NCBI GenBank assembly: GCA_045806925.1
Contig: JBJMII010000102.1
Coordinates: 1,478-65,477, forward strand
Direction of reading: 5' to 3'
Length of the DNA stretch: 64,000 nucleotides
DNA from: Mycobacteriales bacterium
GTDB taxonomy: Bacteria > Actinomycetota > Actinomycetes > Mycobacteriales > CADCTP01
Below the pieces are notes generated by a model. It searched no databases. It had not been told where the DNA came from and saw only the letters and a list, made by a program, of their open reading frames with translations. Positions 1 through 7,839 of the stretch are shown here, one piece after another. Numbering within the stretch: position 1 is the stretch's first letter; every line of letters begins with the position of its first letter. Position numbers and translations under genes: made by a program.

Positions 1-1
1 C

Positions 2-988
2 GGCGAGCCGCTGCCCGGCGAGCTGGCCCGGCGGGCCCGGGCGGCCACCGGCGCGGCGGTGCACAACATCTACGGGATGACCGAGTGCAACGTCGCGCTC
101 TGGTACGCCTGCCCGCCGGCGGCCCGCTTCGACACCGCACCGCTCGGCGAGCCGGTCGCCGGCCTGGACATCCGGCTGTCCGAAGTAGACAGCGGTGAGC
201 TGGTGGTGGCCGGCCGGCACGTGGCGCTGGAGTACGTCGGGGAGCCGGCGCTCACCGCGGCGCGCTTCTGCACTGTGGACGGCCGGCGCGCGTTCGCGAG
301 CCGGGACCTGGTCGCCCGCGGGCCGGACGGGCTGCGCTTCGGCGGCCGGTCGGACGACCGGGTCAAGGTCCGCGGCTACAGCGTGCAGCTCGGCGGCGTC
401 GAGGCCTGCCTGGCCGCGCACCCGGCGGTGCTGGAGTGCGCGGTGCTGGTCCGCGACCGCGGGGTGAGCGACCAGCGGCTGGAGGCGGTCGCCGTGCTGC
501 GCCGCCCGGTGCCGGTGCCCGAGCTGCAGGAGCACCTGCGCCGCGAGCTGCCGGACTACATGGTGCCCGGGGTGGTCCGGGTGCTGGACGCGCTGCCGCG
601 GCTGAGCAACGGCAAGCTCGACCGGCAGGGTCTGCTGGCCCTGCCGGAGCCGGTCGCCGAGCCGGCGGCGGCCGGCACCGACCGGGTGAGCGCCGACCGG
701 GTGAGCGCCGACCGGGTGAGCGCCGACTGGGTGAGCGAGGCGCGGGCGCTGCTGGCCGGCGTGCTCGGCATCCCGGTCGACCGGGTCGGGCCGGACGACG
801 ACTTCGCCGCGCTCGGCGGCCACAGCCTGCTGCTGCTCCGCCTCGGCGCCGAGATCGAGCGCCGGCACGGGGTGGCGGTCGAGATGGACGAGCTGCTGGA
901 GCGGCCGGCCGCCGCGCAGCTCGGCACCCTGCTCGCGGACCGCGCGGCCGGCGCGCCCGGCGGGACGGACGAGAGGACCGCGGTATGA
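2..988 (+). CDS. NRPS adenylation (C-terminal part) plus peptidyl-carrier (PCP) didomain protein; 5' end lies outside the window
   Basis: Frame-2 reading frame is open from the window edge. Motifs: NIYGMTEC (A5-like), GRSDDRVKVRGY (A8), LSNGKLDR (A10), then FAALGGHSLLLLRL (PCP Ser attachment motif). Stop TGA at 986-988. Confidence 0.85.
   Translation, partial: GEPLPGELARRARAATGAAVHNIYGMTECNVALWYACPPAARFDTAPLGEPVAGLDIRLSEVDSGELVVAGRHVALEYVGEPALTAARFCTVDGRRAFASRDLVARGPDGLRFGGRSDDRVKVRGYSVQLGGVEACLAAHPAVLECAVLVRDRGVSDQRLEAVAVLRRPVPVPELQEHLRRELPDYMVPGVVRVLDALPRLSNGKLDRQGLLALPEPVAEPAAAGTDRVSADRVSADRVSADWVSEARALLAGVLGIPVDRVGPDDDFAALGGHSLLLLRLGAEIERRHGVAVEMDELLERPAAAQLGTLLADRAAGAPGGTDERTAV
680..739 (+). 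repeat. 15-bp tandem repeat (gaccgggtgagcgcc: 3 perfect copies plus 1 imperfect) in the A-PCP linker, encoding DRVSA x3 plus DWVSE
   Basis: Counted directly: perfect units at 680-694, 695-709 and 710-724; degenerate unit at 725-739. Confidence 0.9.
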
Positions 989-1881
989 CCACCGGCACCT
1001 TGCCGAGGCTGACCGAGGCCGACCTGGAGCACTACGACCGGCACGGCTGGTGGCTGTCGCCGGAGCCGGTCTTCAGCGCGGCGGAGCTGGCCGCCGCCCG
1101 GGAGGCGGTGGCGGTGCTGCACCGGGACGGGGTGCCCGCGGGCGCGCCGGTGGCCGGCGCCAAGGCGCACCTGAACTGGAAGCCCGGCGACACCCCGGCC
1201 ATGCGGGCGAACAACTACGCCGCCTTCATCAGCCCGGCGCTGCGCCGGCTGGCCTGCCACCCGGCGGTCGGTGCGATCGCCGCGCAGCTGTCCCGCAGCC
1301 CGGTGATCCGGCTCTTCAACTCCACCCTGGTGCACAAGCCGGCGCAGCTGGCCGACGAGGCCAACTCGGTCGGCTGGCACACCGACAAGGCGTACTGGCC
1401 GGGTTGCACCTCGGACCGGATGCTGACCGCCTGGATCCCGCTGCACGATGTCGCCGCGGACGGCTCGCCGCTGACCGTGCTGGACGGCTCGCACCGCTGG
1501 CCGGAGCGGGAGGTCGCGGACCTGCGGACGGTGCGCGGCTTCGCCGCGAACGAGCGGCACCGGATGGAGGACGCGCTGCGCCGCCGCCAGGTGGACTTCC
1601 GGCCGGTGCCGCTGCCGATGCCGGCCGGGCACCTGTCCTTCCACCACTGCAGGACCTTCCACGGCAGCCCGCCCAACCGGTCGGACCGCCCCCGGCTGTC
1701 GCTGACCTCGCACCTGCAGGACGGCGACAACCGGTGGCGGCCGGCGCTGGACACCGACGGCACCCCGGTGCGCTACCAGCACGACGACAAGGTGCGGCGC
1801 ACCGCCGACGGCGAGCCGGACTACACCGACCCGCGGCTGTGCCCGGTGGTGTGGCCGGTCGAGGGCGCGGGCCAGGGGTGA
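985..1881 (+). CDS. Phytanoyl-CoA dioxygenase (PhyH) family Fe(II)/2-oxoglutarate oxygenase
   Basis: ATG 985 overlaps the upstream stop (ATGA). GWHTDKAY (HxD) and a downstream His (SFHHCRTFHGSPPNRS) fit the PhyH-type facial triad. About 298 aa. Confidence 0.75.
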   Translation: MTTGTLPRLTEADLEHYDRHGWWLSPEPVFSAAELAAAREAVAVLHRDGVPAGAPVAGAKAHLNWKPGDTPAMRANNYAAFISPALRRLACHPAVGAIAAQLSRSPVIRLFNSTLVHKPAQLADEANSVGWHTDKAYWPGCTSDRMLTAWIPLHDVAADGSPLTVLDGSHRWPEREVADLRTVRGFAANERHRMEDALRRRQVDFRPVPLPMPAGHLSFHHCRTFHGSPPNRSDRPRLSLTSHLQDGDNRWRPALDTDGTPVRYQHDDKVRRTADGEPDYTDPRLCPVVWPVEGAGQG

Positions 1882-2984
1882 CCGGAGGGCTGCCGGCCGT
1901 GCGGTCCGGCGACTTCCTGGGGGTGGGCCACCACGTGGCCCTGGTCGAGGGCGCGCCGGAGGCGGTGGCGGCGGCGGTCGCCGAGGCCGCGGCGGACCGG
2001 GAGCCGCTGCACGTCAGCGTGCACGCGGGTACGCCGGCCGAGCGGGACAAGGCCACCGCGGCGCTGCGGGAGGCCGGGATCCGCTGTGCGGTGGACGCGC
2101 TGGTGCAACCGCCGGCCGGGGCCGGCTGCGCGGCGGTGCTCTGGGCGGTGACCGGCGACGGCACGGTCCGCCACCCGGCGCCCGGGACCAGCCGGCTCGA
2201 CTTCGCCGGCGGCAGCCTGGTCCGGCTCGGCCACCTCGAGCCGGGGGCGGCGACCGGCTGGGCCGAGCTGACCGGCCGGCTGCGCGGGCTGGGCCTGGGC
2301 CTGGACCAGGTCTGGAAGACCTGGTCGTACCTGCCGGTGCGGCCGGGGCGGGAGGAGGCGGCCGCCGAGTTCGTCGCCTTCAACCTCGACCGGGCCGAGG
2401 TCTTCGGCGACACCACCTTCCGGCTGGAGCCGCCGGCGGTCGCCGACCGGGCGTACCCGGCGAACACCGGCGTCGCCGACCTGTCCGGCACCGGCACGCT
2501 GACCGGGATCGCCGGCCGGGCCGCCGGCGGCGTCCGCGTGCTCGGCGTGGAGAACCGCCGGCAGCGGCCGCCGCACCGGTACGGCCCGGGGACCGGCCGG
2601 CCGCGGCCGGCCCAGTTCTCCCGGGCGGTCCTGCTCGCCGGCCGCGGCCGGGGGTTGGCCCTGATGGCCGGCACCGCCGCGGTGGTGGAGTCCTCGACGG
2701 TCGGCACCGACGCCGCCGAGCAGCTGGACGTGACGCTCGGCATCGTCGACGGGCTGCTGTCCGCCGGCGCGGCCACCGCCGGCGGGCTCACCCTCGCCGG
2801 CGGGCTGGAGTCGCTGCTGCACCTCGTCGTCTACGTCGCCCGGGCCGGTGACCTGGACCGGGTGCGGCAGCGGGTCGCCGAGCGGGTGCCGGTCCCGGCG
2901 CTGACCGTGCTGGCCCCGCTGACCCGGGCCGACCTGCTGGTCGAGGTGGACGGGCTGGCGGTGGTCGAGGTGCGCGATGGTTGA
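1878..2984 (+). CDS. FkbO/Hyg5-like chorismatase (RidA/YjgF-fold C-terminal domain)
   Basis: GTG 1878 overlaps the upstream stop (GTGA). Segments VWKTWSYLP...FVAFNLDRAEVF, AYPANTGV and ENRRQRPPHRYGPG...AQFSRAV resemble my recollection of conserved FkbO/Hyg5/XanB2 blocks. Confidence 0.6.
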   Translation: MTGGLPAVRSGDFLGVGHHVALVEGAPEAVAAAVAEAAADREPLHVSVHAGTPAERDKATAALREAGIRCAVDALVQPPAGAGCAAVLWAVTGDGTVRHPAPGTSRLDFAGGSLVRLGHLEPGAATGWAELTGRLRGLGLGLDQVWKTWSYLPVRPGREEAAAEFVAFNLDRAEVFGDTTFRLEPPAVADRAYPANTGVADLSGTGTLTGIAGRAAGGVRVLGVENRRQRPPHRYGPGTGRPRPAQFSRAVLLAGRGRGLALMAGTAAVVESSTVGTDAAEQLDVTLGIVDGLLSAGAATAGGLTLAGGLESLLHLVVYVARAGDLDRVRQRVAERVPVPALTVLAPLTRADLLVEVDGLAVVEVRDG

Positions 2985-4227
2985 GCTGCTGCCGCTGGCC
3001 GCCGAGCAGCGCCTGCTGCTGGCCGGCGCGGCCCGGCAGGCGGCGCCGGTCTACACGATCAGCTACGGCTACCGGGTCATCGGCGACCTCGACGTCGGCC
3101 GGCTCGCCGCCGCCACCGGCCGGCTGGCCGCCGAGGTGCCGCTGCTGCGCGCCGCGTTCGAGGGCAGCCGGGTGCTGCCGACCGCGATGCGGGTGCTGCC
3201 GGAGCGGGAGGTCTTCGCCGACCACGGCGTGGTGGAGGACCCGGACGCGTTCGTCGCGGGGCTGGCCGGCCGCCGGGTGCGGCTGCTGCGGGACCCGCTC
3301 TTCCAGGTCGCGGTGGCCCGGCACGGCAGCGACCACGTCGCCTTCACGATGTGGCACCACGCGATCGCCGACGCGTGGTCGGTCGGGCTGTGCACGCGCT
3401 GGCTCGGCGAGCTGTACGCGGGCACCGGCGGGCCGCCGGAGGGTGCCCGGCGGTGGCCGGACTTCGTCGCGGACGAGGCGGCGGCGCTGGCCGCGACGGC
3501 CGACCCGGGCCGGTTCTGGGTGGACCAGCACCGGGACGCCCGCTTCGCCACGCTGGTGCCGGCGGTGCCGGCGGTGCCGGCGGTGCCGGCGGTGCCGGCG
3601 CCGCCGGCGGGCACGGCGGGCACCGTGCTGACCGAGGTGGCCGGCCCCGGCTTCCCGGCGCGGTGCCGGGCGGTGGGCGGCACTGCGGGCTCGGTGCTGC
3701 TCGCCGCCGCCGCGCTCGCCGCCGGCTTTCCGGACGGACCGGTCGCGCTGCCGACGATGCTGGCCAACCGCGAGCCGCCGTACGAGGAGACGGTCGGGCT
3801 GTTGATGCGGACCGCGCTGCTGCGCGCGGAGCCGCTCGGGTCGCAGCCGGCCGCCGAGCTGCGCCGCGGCATGCTGCGGCAGCTCGGCCGCTGCTGGCGG
3901 CACCGGCACGAGTCGCTGCTGCTGCTCGCGGAGCGGTCGCCGGCCGCCGCGGCGGAGCTGGCCGCCGGGCCGCCGCCGTTCTTCGCCCAGGTGCTCGACG
4001 TGCCCCGCCGGGAGCTGGTGCTGCCCGGCTGCAAGACCGAGCTGGTGCACCACGGCTTCGAGCGGACCACCCGCTTCGGGGTGGAGCTGCACCTGCGGCC
4101 GCTGGACGGCGGCGCCGTGCAGGGCGCGTTCGTGCACGACCTGGCGCGCTACCGCCGGGCGGACGTGGAGGACGCGGCGGTTCGCTACCGCGAGCTGGTC
4201 GACCAGCTCACCGAGGTCCGGCCGTGA
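2977..4227 (+). CDS. Stand-alone NRPS condensation (C) domain protein
   Basis: MWHHAIADAWS matches the HHxxxD(G) condensation motif. About 416 aa with no A or PCP domain. ATG 2977 overlaps the upstream stop by 8 nt. Confidence 0.75.
   Translation: MVELLPLAAEQRLLLAGAARQAAPVYTISYGYRVIGDLDVGRLAAATGRLAAEVPLLRAAFEGSRVLPTAMRVLPEREVFADHGVVEDPDAFVAGLAGRRVRLLRDPLFQVAVARHGSDHVAFTMWHHAIADAWSVGLCTRWLGELYAGTGGPPEGARRWPDFVADEAAALAATADPGRFWVDQHRDARFATLVPAVPAVPAVPAVPAPPAGTAGTVLTEVAGPGFPARCRAVGGTAGSVLLAAAALAAGFPDGPVALPTMLANREPPYEETVGLLMRTALLRAEPLGSQPAAELRRGMLRQLGRCWRHRHESLLLLAERSPAAAAELAAGPPPFFAQVLDVPRRELVLPGCKTELVHHGFERTTRFGVELHLRPLDGGAVQGAFVHDLARYRRADVEDAAVRYRELVDQLTEVRP
3556..3609 (+). repeat. 9-bp tandem repeat (gtgccggcg: 5 perfect copies plus 1 imperfect) encoding (VPA)5 inside the C-domain protein
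   Basis: Counted directly: 3556-3600 holds five identical units; 3601-3609 is ccgccggcg. Confidence 0.9.
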
Positions 4228-5830
4228 CCGGGCTGACGTACGCGGAGCTGATCCACGCCGCGTACCGGCGGTACGGCGACCGGCCCGCGTTCGTCTCGGT
4301 GTCCGGCGACCGGCTGACGTACCGGGCCTGCGGCGCGCTGCTGAACCGGCTGACCCGGGCGCTGCACGGCCGCGGGGTCCGGCGGGGGACCGGGGTGGCC
4401 TTCCTCAGCAGCAACCGGCCGGACCTGTCGCTGGCCGTCGCCGCGGTGCTCACCCTCGGCGGCCGGGTCAGCCTGCTGCCGCCGCTGGCCGGCCCGCAGC
4501 GGCTGGCGAGCATGCTGGAGCTGGCCGCGGTGGACGTGCTCGTGGTCGACCCGCTGCTGGCGCCGCTGCTGCCGGCGCTCACCCTGCCCGGCACCGTGCT
4601 CGGGCTCGGGCCGTCCGCGGCGCTGCGCGACCTGCTCGCCGAGGCCGACCAGCAGCCGGAGGCGCCGGTGGAGGTCCTGGCCCGGCCGGACGACCTCGCC
4701 TTCGTGCACTTCACCAGTGCCAGCACCGGCCCGGCCAAGGCGGTGACCGCCACCCAGGGCGCGAGCGCACTCGGCGCACTGCTGCTGGTCGCGAACGTCG
4801 AGTGGCCGGCCGAGACCCGCTTCCTGGCCTGCACCGGGGCGGCGCAGATCCTGCAGGTGCCGGTCCGGCTGCGCGGGGGCTGCGTGCACCTGCACAACGG
4901 CTTCGACCCGGACCGGGCCCGGGACACGATCCGTGCCGTAGGGATCACTGCCAGCTACCTCAGTCCACCGGCACTGCTCCAGCTGGCCCGCGGTGGTGGC
5001 CCGCTGCCGAGCCTGGAGAGCCTCTTCTACGCCGGCACGGTGGTGCCGCCGGCGCACCTGGACGAGGCGCTGGACACCCTCGGGCCGGTGCTGGTCCAGG
5101 CGTACTCGCAGGTCGAGGTCAACACCTGGGCGACCGCGCTGTCCCGGGCCGAGCACCGGACCGGGCCGCCGGGCAGCGCCGGCCGGCCGCTGCCCGGGTG
5201 GCCGTCTCGGTGCGGGACGACGCGGGACGGCCGGTGGAGCCGGGCACGGTCGGCGAGGTGTGCCTGCGCGGGCCGACGCTGACCCGCGGCTACTGGCGGG
5301 ACCCGGCGGCCACCGGCGCGGCCTTCCGGGACGGCTGGCTGCGGACCGGCGACGACGGCGCGCTGGACGGCGACGGCCACCTGCACCTGCTCGGCCGGCG
5401 CTCCGACCGGCTCGCCGACGGGCTGTGGGCGCGGCAGCTGGAGGACCCGGTGTGCGGGCACCCGGAGGTGGCGGACGCGGCCGCGGTGACCGGCCCCGCG
5501 GGCGAGCCGGTGGTCACCGTGGTGCCCCGTCCCGGCGCGCGGGTGGACGAGGCCTCGCTGCGGCGGCTGCTGCCGGCCGGGGTCACCGGCGTGCGTTTCC
5601 GGCCGGTGCCGTCGCTGCCGGTCGCGCCGAGCGGCAAGCTGGACCGGGCGGCCGTACGGGCGGCCGTGCTGGCCGAGCGGGCCGTGCCGGCCGGGGGAGC
5701 CGGGCTGGTCGGGCTGGCCGGGGGAGCCGGGCTGGTCGGGGGAGCGGGGCTGGTCGGGGGAGCGGGGCTGGCCGGGGGAGCGGGGCTGGTCGGGGGAGCG
5801 GGGACCGAGGCGGCGGAGGTGCTGCAGTGA
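4224..5830 (+). pseudogene. Acyl-/aryl-CoA (AMP-forming) ligase, interrupted by a single-nucleotide frameshift near 5196-5198
   Basis: GTG 4224 overlaps the upstream stop (GTGA). Frame 3 carries FTSASTGPAKAV (A3-like). After GSAGRPLPG the homology continues in frame 2 (VAVSVRDDAGRPVEPGTVGEVCLRGPTLTRGYW, WLRTGDDG, APSGKLDR). The total length of 1607 nt is not a multiple of 3. Adding one G to the ggg run at 5196-5198 restores a single ORF. Confidence 0.8.
5693..5803 (+). repeat. About 18-bp tandem repeat (gggggagc[c/g]gggctggtc) encoding the (GGAGLV)n C-terminal tail of the ligase
   Basis: Units at 5693-5710, 5720-5737, 5738-5755, 5756-5773 and 5774-5791, plus partial copies. The translated tail reads GGAGLVGLAGGAGLVGGAGLVGGAGLAGGAGLVGGAG. 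Confidence 0.85.
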
Positions 5831-6834
5831 CCGGCGCGATCGTGACCAGCGAGCCGGTCCGCGGCGGCTTCCCGTCCCCGGCCGTGCTCGGCCTGCCCGG
5901 CTGGCAGCAGATCGCCTCGTACGGCACCGAGCTGCTGCCCCGCTCGCCGCTGAGCCGGCTGCTCGGGCTGACCGTGGCGGGTGCCGAGCTGGGCCGGGCC
6001 AGCTACCGGCTGCCGCTGACGCCGTGGCTGCGCGACGGCGACGGCCGGGTGTCTCCCGCCGTGGTCGCGATCGCCGCGGACGCCGCGCTGGCCGGCGGGG
6101 TGGTCAGCGGCCTGTCGCCCGGGCACGCCCGGATCGCCACCGTCGACCTGTCCCTGCACCACCTCGATGCGGACCTGGACGGCCTGCTCGCGGCCGGCGA
6201 GGGACTGGTCGCGACCGGCTGGCCGTGCGGGCCGGCCGGTCCCGGGCTGGTGCTGGCCGAGCTGGAGGTGACCGCCGACTCCGGCCGGCCGGTGGCCCGC
6301 GGGCTCGGGCACTGCCTGGTCCTCCCGCCGCTGGACCCGCTGCCGCCGGCCCCGCCGTCGCCGGAGCGGCCGGAGCCGCCGGAGCTCGCGACCGGCGACC
6401 CGACCCCGGACCCGTACCAGCGGCCGCTGGACGACGAGGCTCGGGCGGTCGGCCCGCTGACCCGGCTGCTCGGCCTGGCGACCGGTGCGGGGACCTGCAC
6501 GATGCCGGCGACCGGGTGGCTGTGCCCGACCGCGCGGGCCATCCAGGGCGGGTCGCTGGTGATGCTCGGCCAGCTCGCCGCCGAGCGGGCCGCAGCCGGG
6601 GAGCTGGGCCGGCCGGCCGCCGTCACCCAGGTGACCGCCTCGTTCGTGCGGATGGTCTTCCCCCGGGACGCGCTGCTGACCGCGCGGGCCACCGCGACCC
6701 GGCACAGCCGCAACCTGGCCACCGCCGCGGTGGAGCTCACCGACGAGGCCGGCCGGGCGCTGGTCGAGCTGGCCGCGACCTGCTACGACATGTCTCCCGC
6801 CGGACCACCGCCGCCCCCGTACGGTCCCGGTTGA
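5827..6834 (+). CDS. Tandem (double) hotdog-fold thioesterase, PaaI/4HBT-like
   Basis: GTG 5827 overlaps the upstream stop (GTGA). Two PaaI-like halves (LLGLTV...ASYRLPL... and LLGLATG...CTMPATGW...IQGGSLVML) are joined by a Pro-rich linker. Confidence 0.6.
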   Translation: MTGAIVTSEPVRGGFPSPAVLGLPGWQQIASYGTELLPRSPLSRLLGLTVAGAELGRASYRLPLTPWLRDGDGRVSPAVVAIAADAALAGGVVSGLSPGHARIATVDLSLHHLDADLDGLLAAGEGLVATGWPCGPAGPGLVLAELEVTADSGRPVARGLGHCLVLPPLDPLPPAPPSPERPEPPELATGDPTPDPYQRPLDDEARAVGPLTRLLGLATGAGTCTMPATGWLCPTARAIQGGSLVMLGQLAAERAAAGELGRPAAVTQVTASFVRMVFPRDALLTARATATRHSRNLATAAVELTDEAGRALVELAATCYDMSPAGPPPPPYGPG

Positions 6835-6866
6835 TTTCACCGGGCGGTCGATGGAATAAGAGACAC

Positions 6867-7655
6867 ATGGACAATGGAGCGACGTCCTCACCCATCCTGG
6901 TCACCGGTGGCACCGGCACGCTGGGACGCCAGGTGGTGCCCCGGCTGCGGGAGGCGGGCCGGGCGGTGCGCGTGCTCAGCCGGAAGAGCCACCAGCCCGA
7001 GGACGGCATCGAGTACCTGACCGGCGACCTGCTCGAGGGCGTGGGCATCGCGCCGGCGGTGTCCGGCGTGCAGACCGTCCTGCACCTGGCCGGCAGCCGT
7101 AAGGGCGACGACCGGGCCACCCGGAACCTGGTGCAGGCCGCGTCGCAGGCCGGGGTGCGGCACCTGGTCTACATCTCGGTCATCGGGGCGGACCGGGTCC
7201 CGCTGGGTTACTTCCGGTCCAAACTCGGCGCGGAGCAGGCGGTGACCGGGTCCGGCGTGCCGTGGACCACGCTGCGGGCCGCCCAGTTCCACGACTTGGT
7301 CCTGACCGTGACGCGGTCGATGTCGAAGCTGCCGGTGATACCGGTCCCGAGTGGGATCCGGTTCCAGCCGGTCGATTCGGGCGAGGTCGCGGACCGGCTG
7401 GTGGAGCTGACACTCGGCCCGCCGGCCGGCCTGGTGCCCGACCTGGCCGGGCCGAAGGTGTCCGAGATGCGCGAGCTGGTCCGCGGATACCTGCAGGCCC
7501 GCGGCAAGCACCGCATGCTGCTGCCGGTGCGGCTCCCCGGGAAGGCCGGCCGGGCGCTCCGGGCCGGCGGGAACCTACCGCTCGACGCGAGCCTGGGTCA
7601 GCGGAGCTGGGAGGACTTCCTCGCCGAGCGGCTGTCCCAGGACGCGGCCCGCTAG
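6867..7655 (+). CDS. NAD(P)H-binding NmrA-like / atypical SDR protein
   Basis: ILVTGGTGTLGRQV Rossmann motif at the N-terminus. 262 aa. Confidence 0.75.
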   Translation: MDNGATSSPILVTGGTGTLGRQVVPRLREAGRAVRVLSRKSHQPEDGIEYLTGDLLEGVGIAPAVSGVQTVLHLAGSRKGDDRATRNLVQAASQAGVRHLVYISVIGADRVPLGYFRSKLGAEQAVTGSGVPWTTLRAAQFHDLVLTVTRSMSKLPVIPVPSGIRFQPVDSGEVADRLVELTLGPPAGLVPDLAGPKVSEMRELVRGYLQARGKHRMLLPVRLPGKAGRALRAGGNLPLDASLGQRSWEDFLAERLSQDAAR

Positions 7656-7839
7656 CGCGGCGGCGCCGTCCCCGGTGCCTGCATGTCCAGGCCGCGACGC
7701 TGCCCGAGGCGGGGGATTGCCGCCCGGGGGGCCGACGGGCTTGACTCGGGACACCCGCGCGAACCAGCGCGGCCCGGGCGACGGGGCCGGCTCCGATGCC
7801 GGCAGCACGGGGGTCGGGGCGCGCACCGAGGAGTGGGCC

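Noticed and set aside
363-998. A long antisense or off-frame ORF from the supplied track (363-998 minus). Other examples of the same kind: 436-1881 upstream part, 556-1782 minus, 2788-4137 minus, 7180-9162 minus, 13435-15723 plus, 33624-34970 minus, 34763-37081 minus, 42327-45389 minus, 45629-48505 minus and 61043-62971 minus.
   Set aside because: Their translations are Arg/Pro/Ala/Gly-rich low complexity, which is typical of wrong frames in high-G+C DNA. They carry no family motifs. Each overlaps a gene on another frame or strand that does carry clear motifs.
5693-5803. The GGAGLV-encoding repeats, and the 16-bp x3 repeat at 24757-24804, considered as possible CRISPR arrays.
   Set aside because: There are no unique spacers between the units, the units are too short, and the first lies in-frame inside a gene. 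No cas genes occur in the window.
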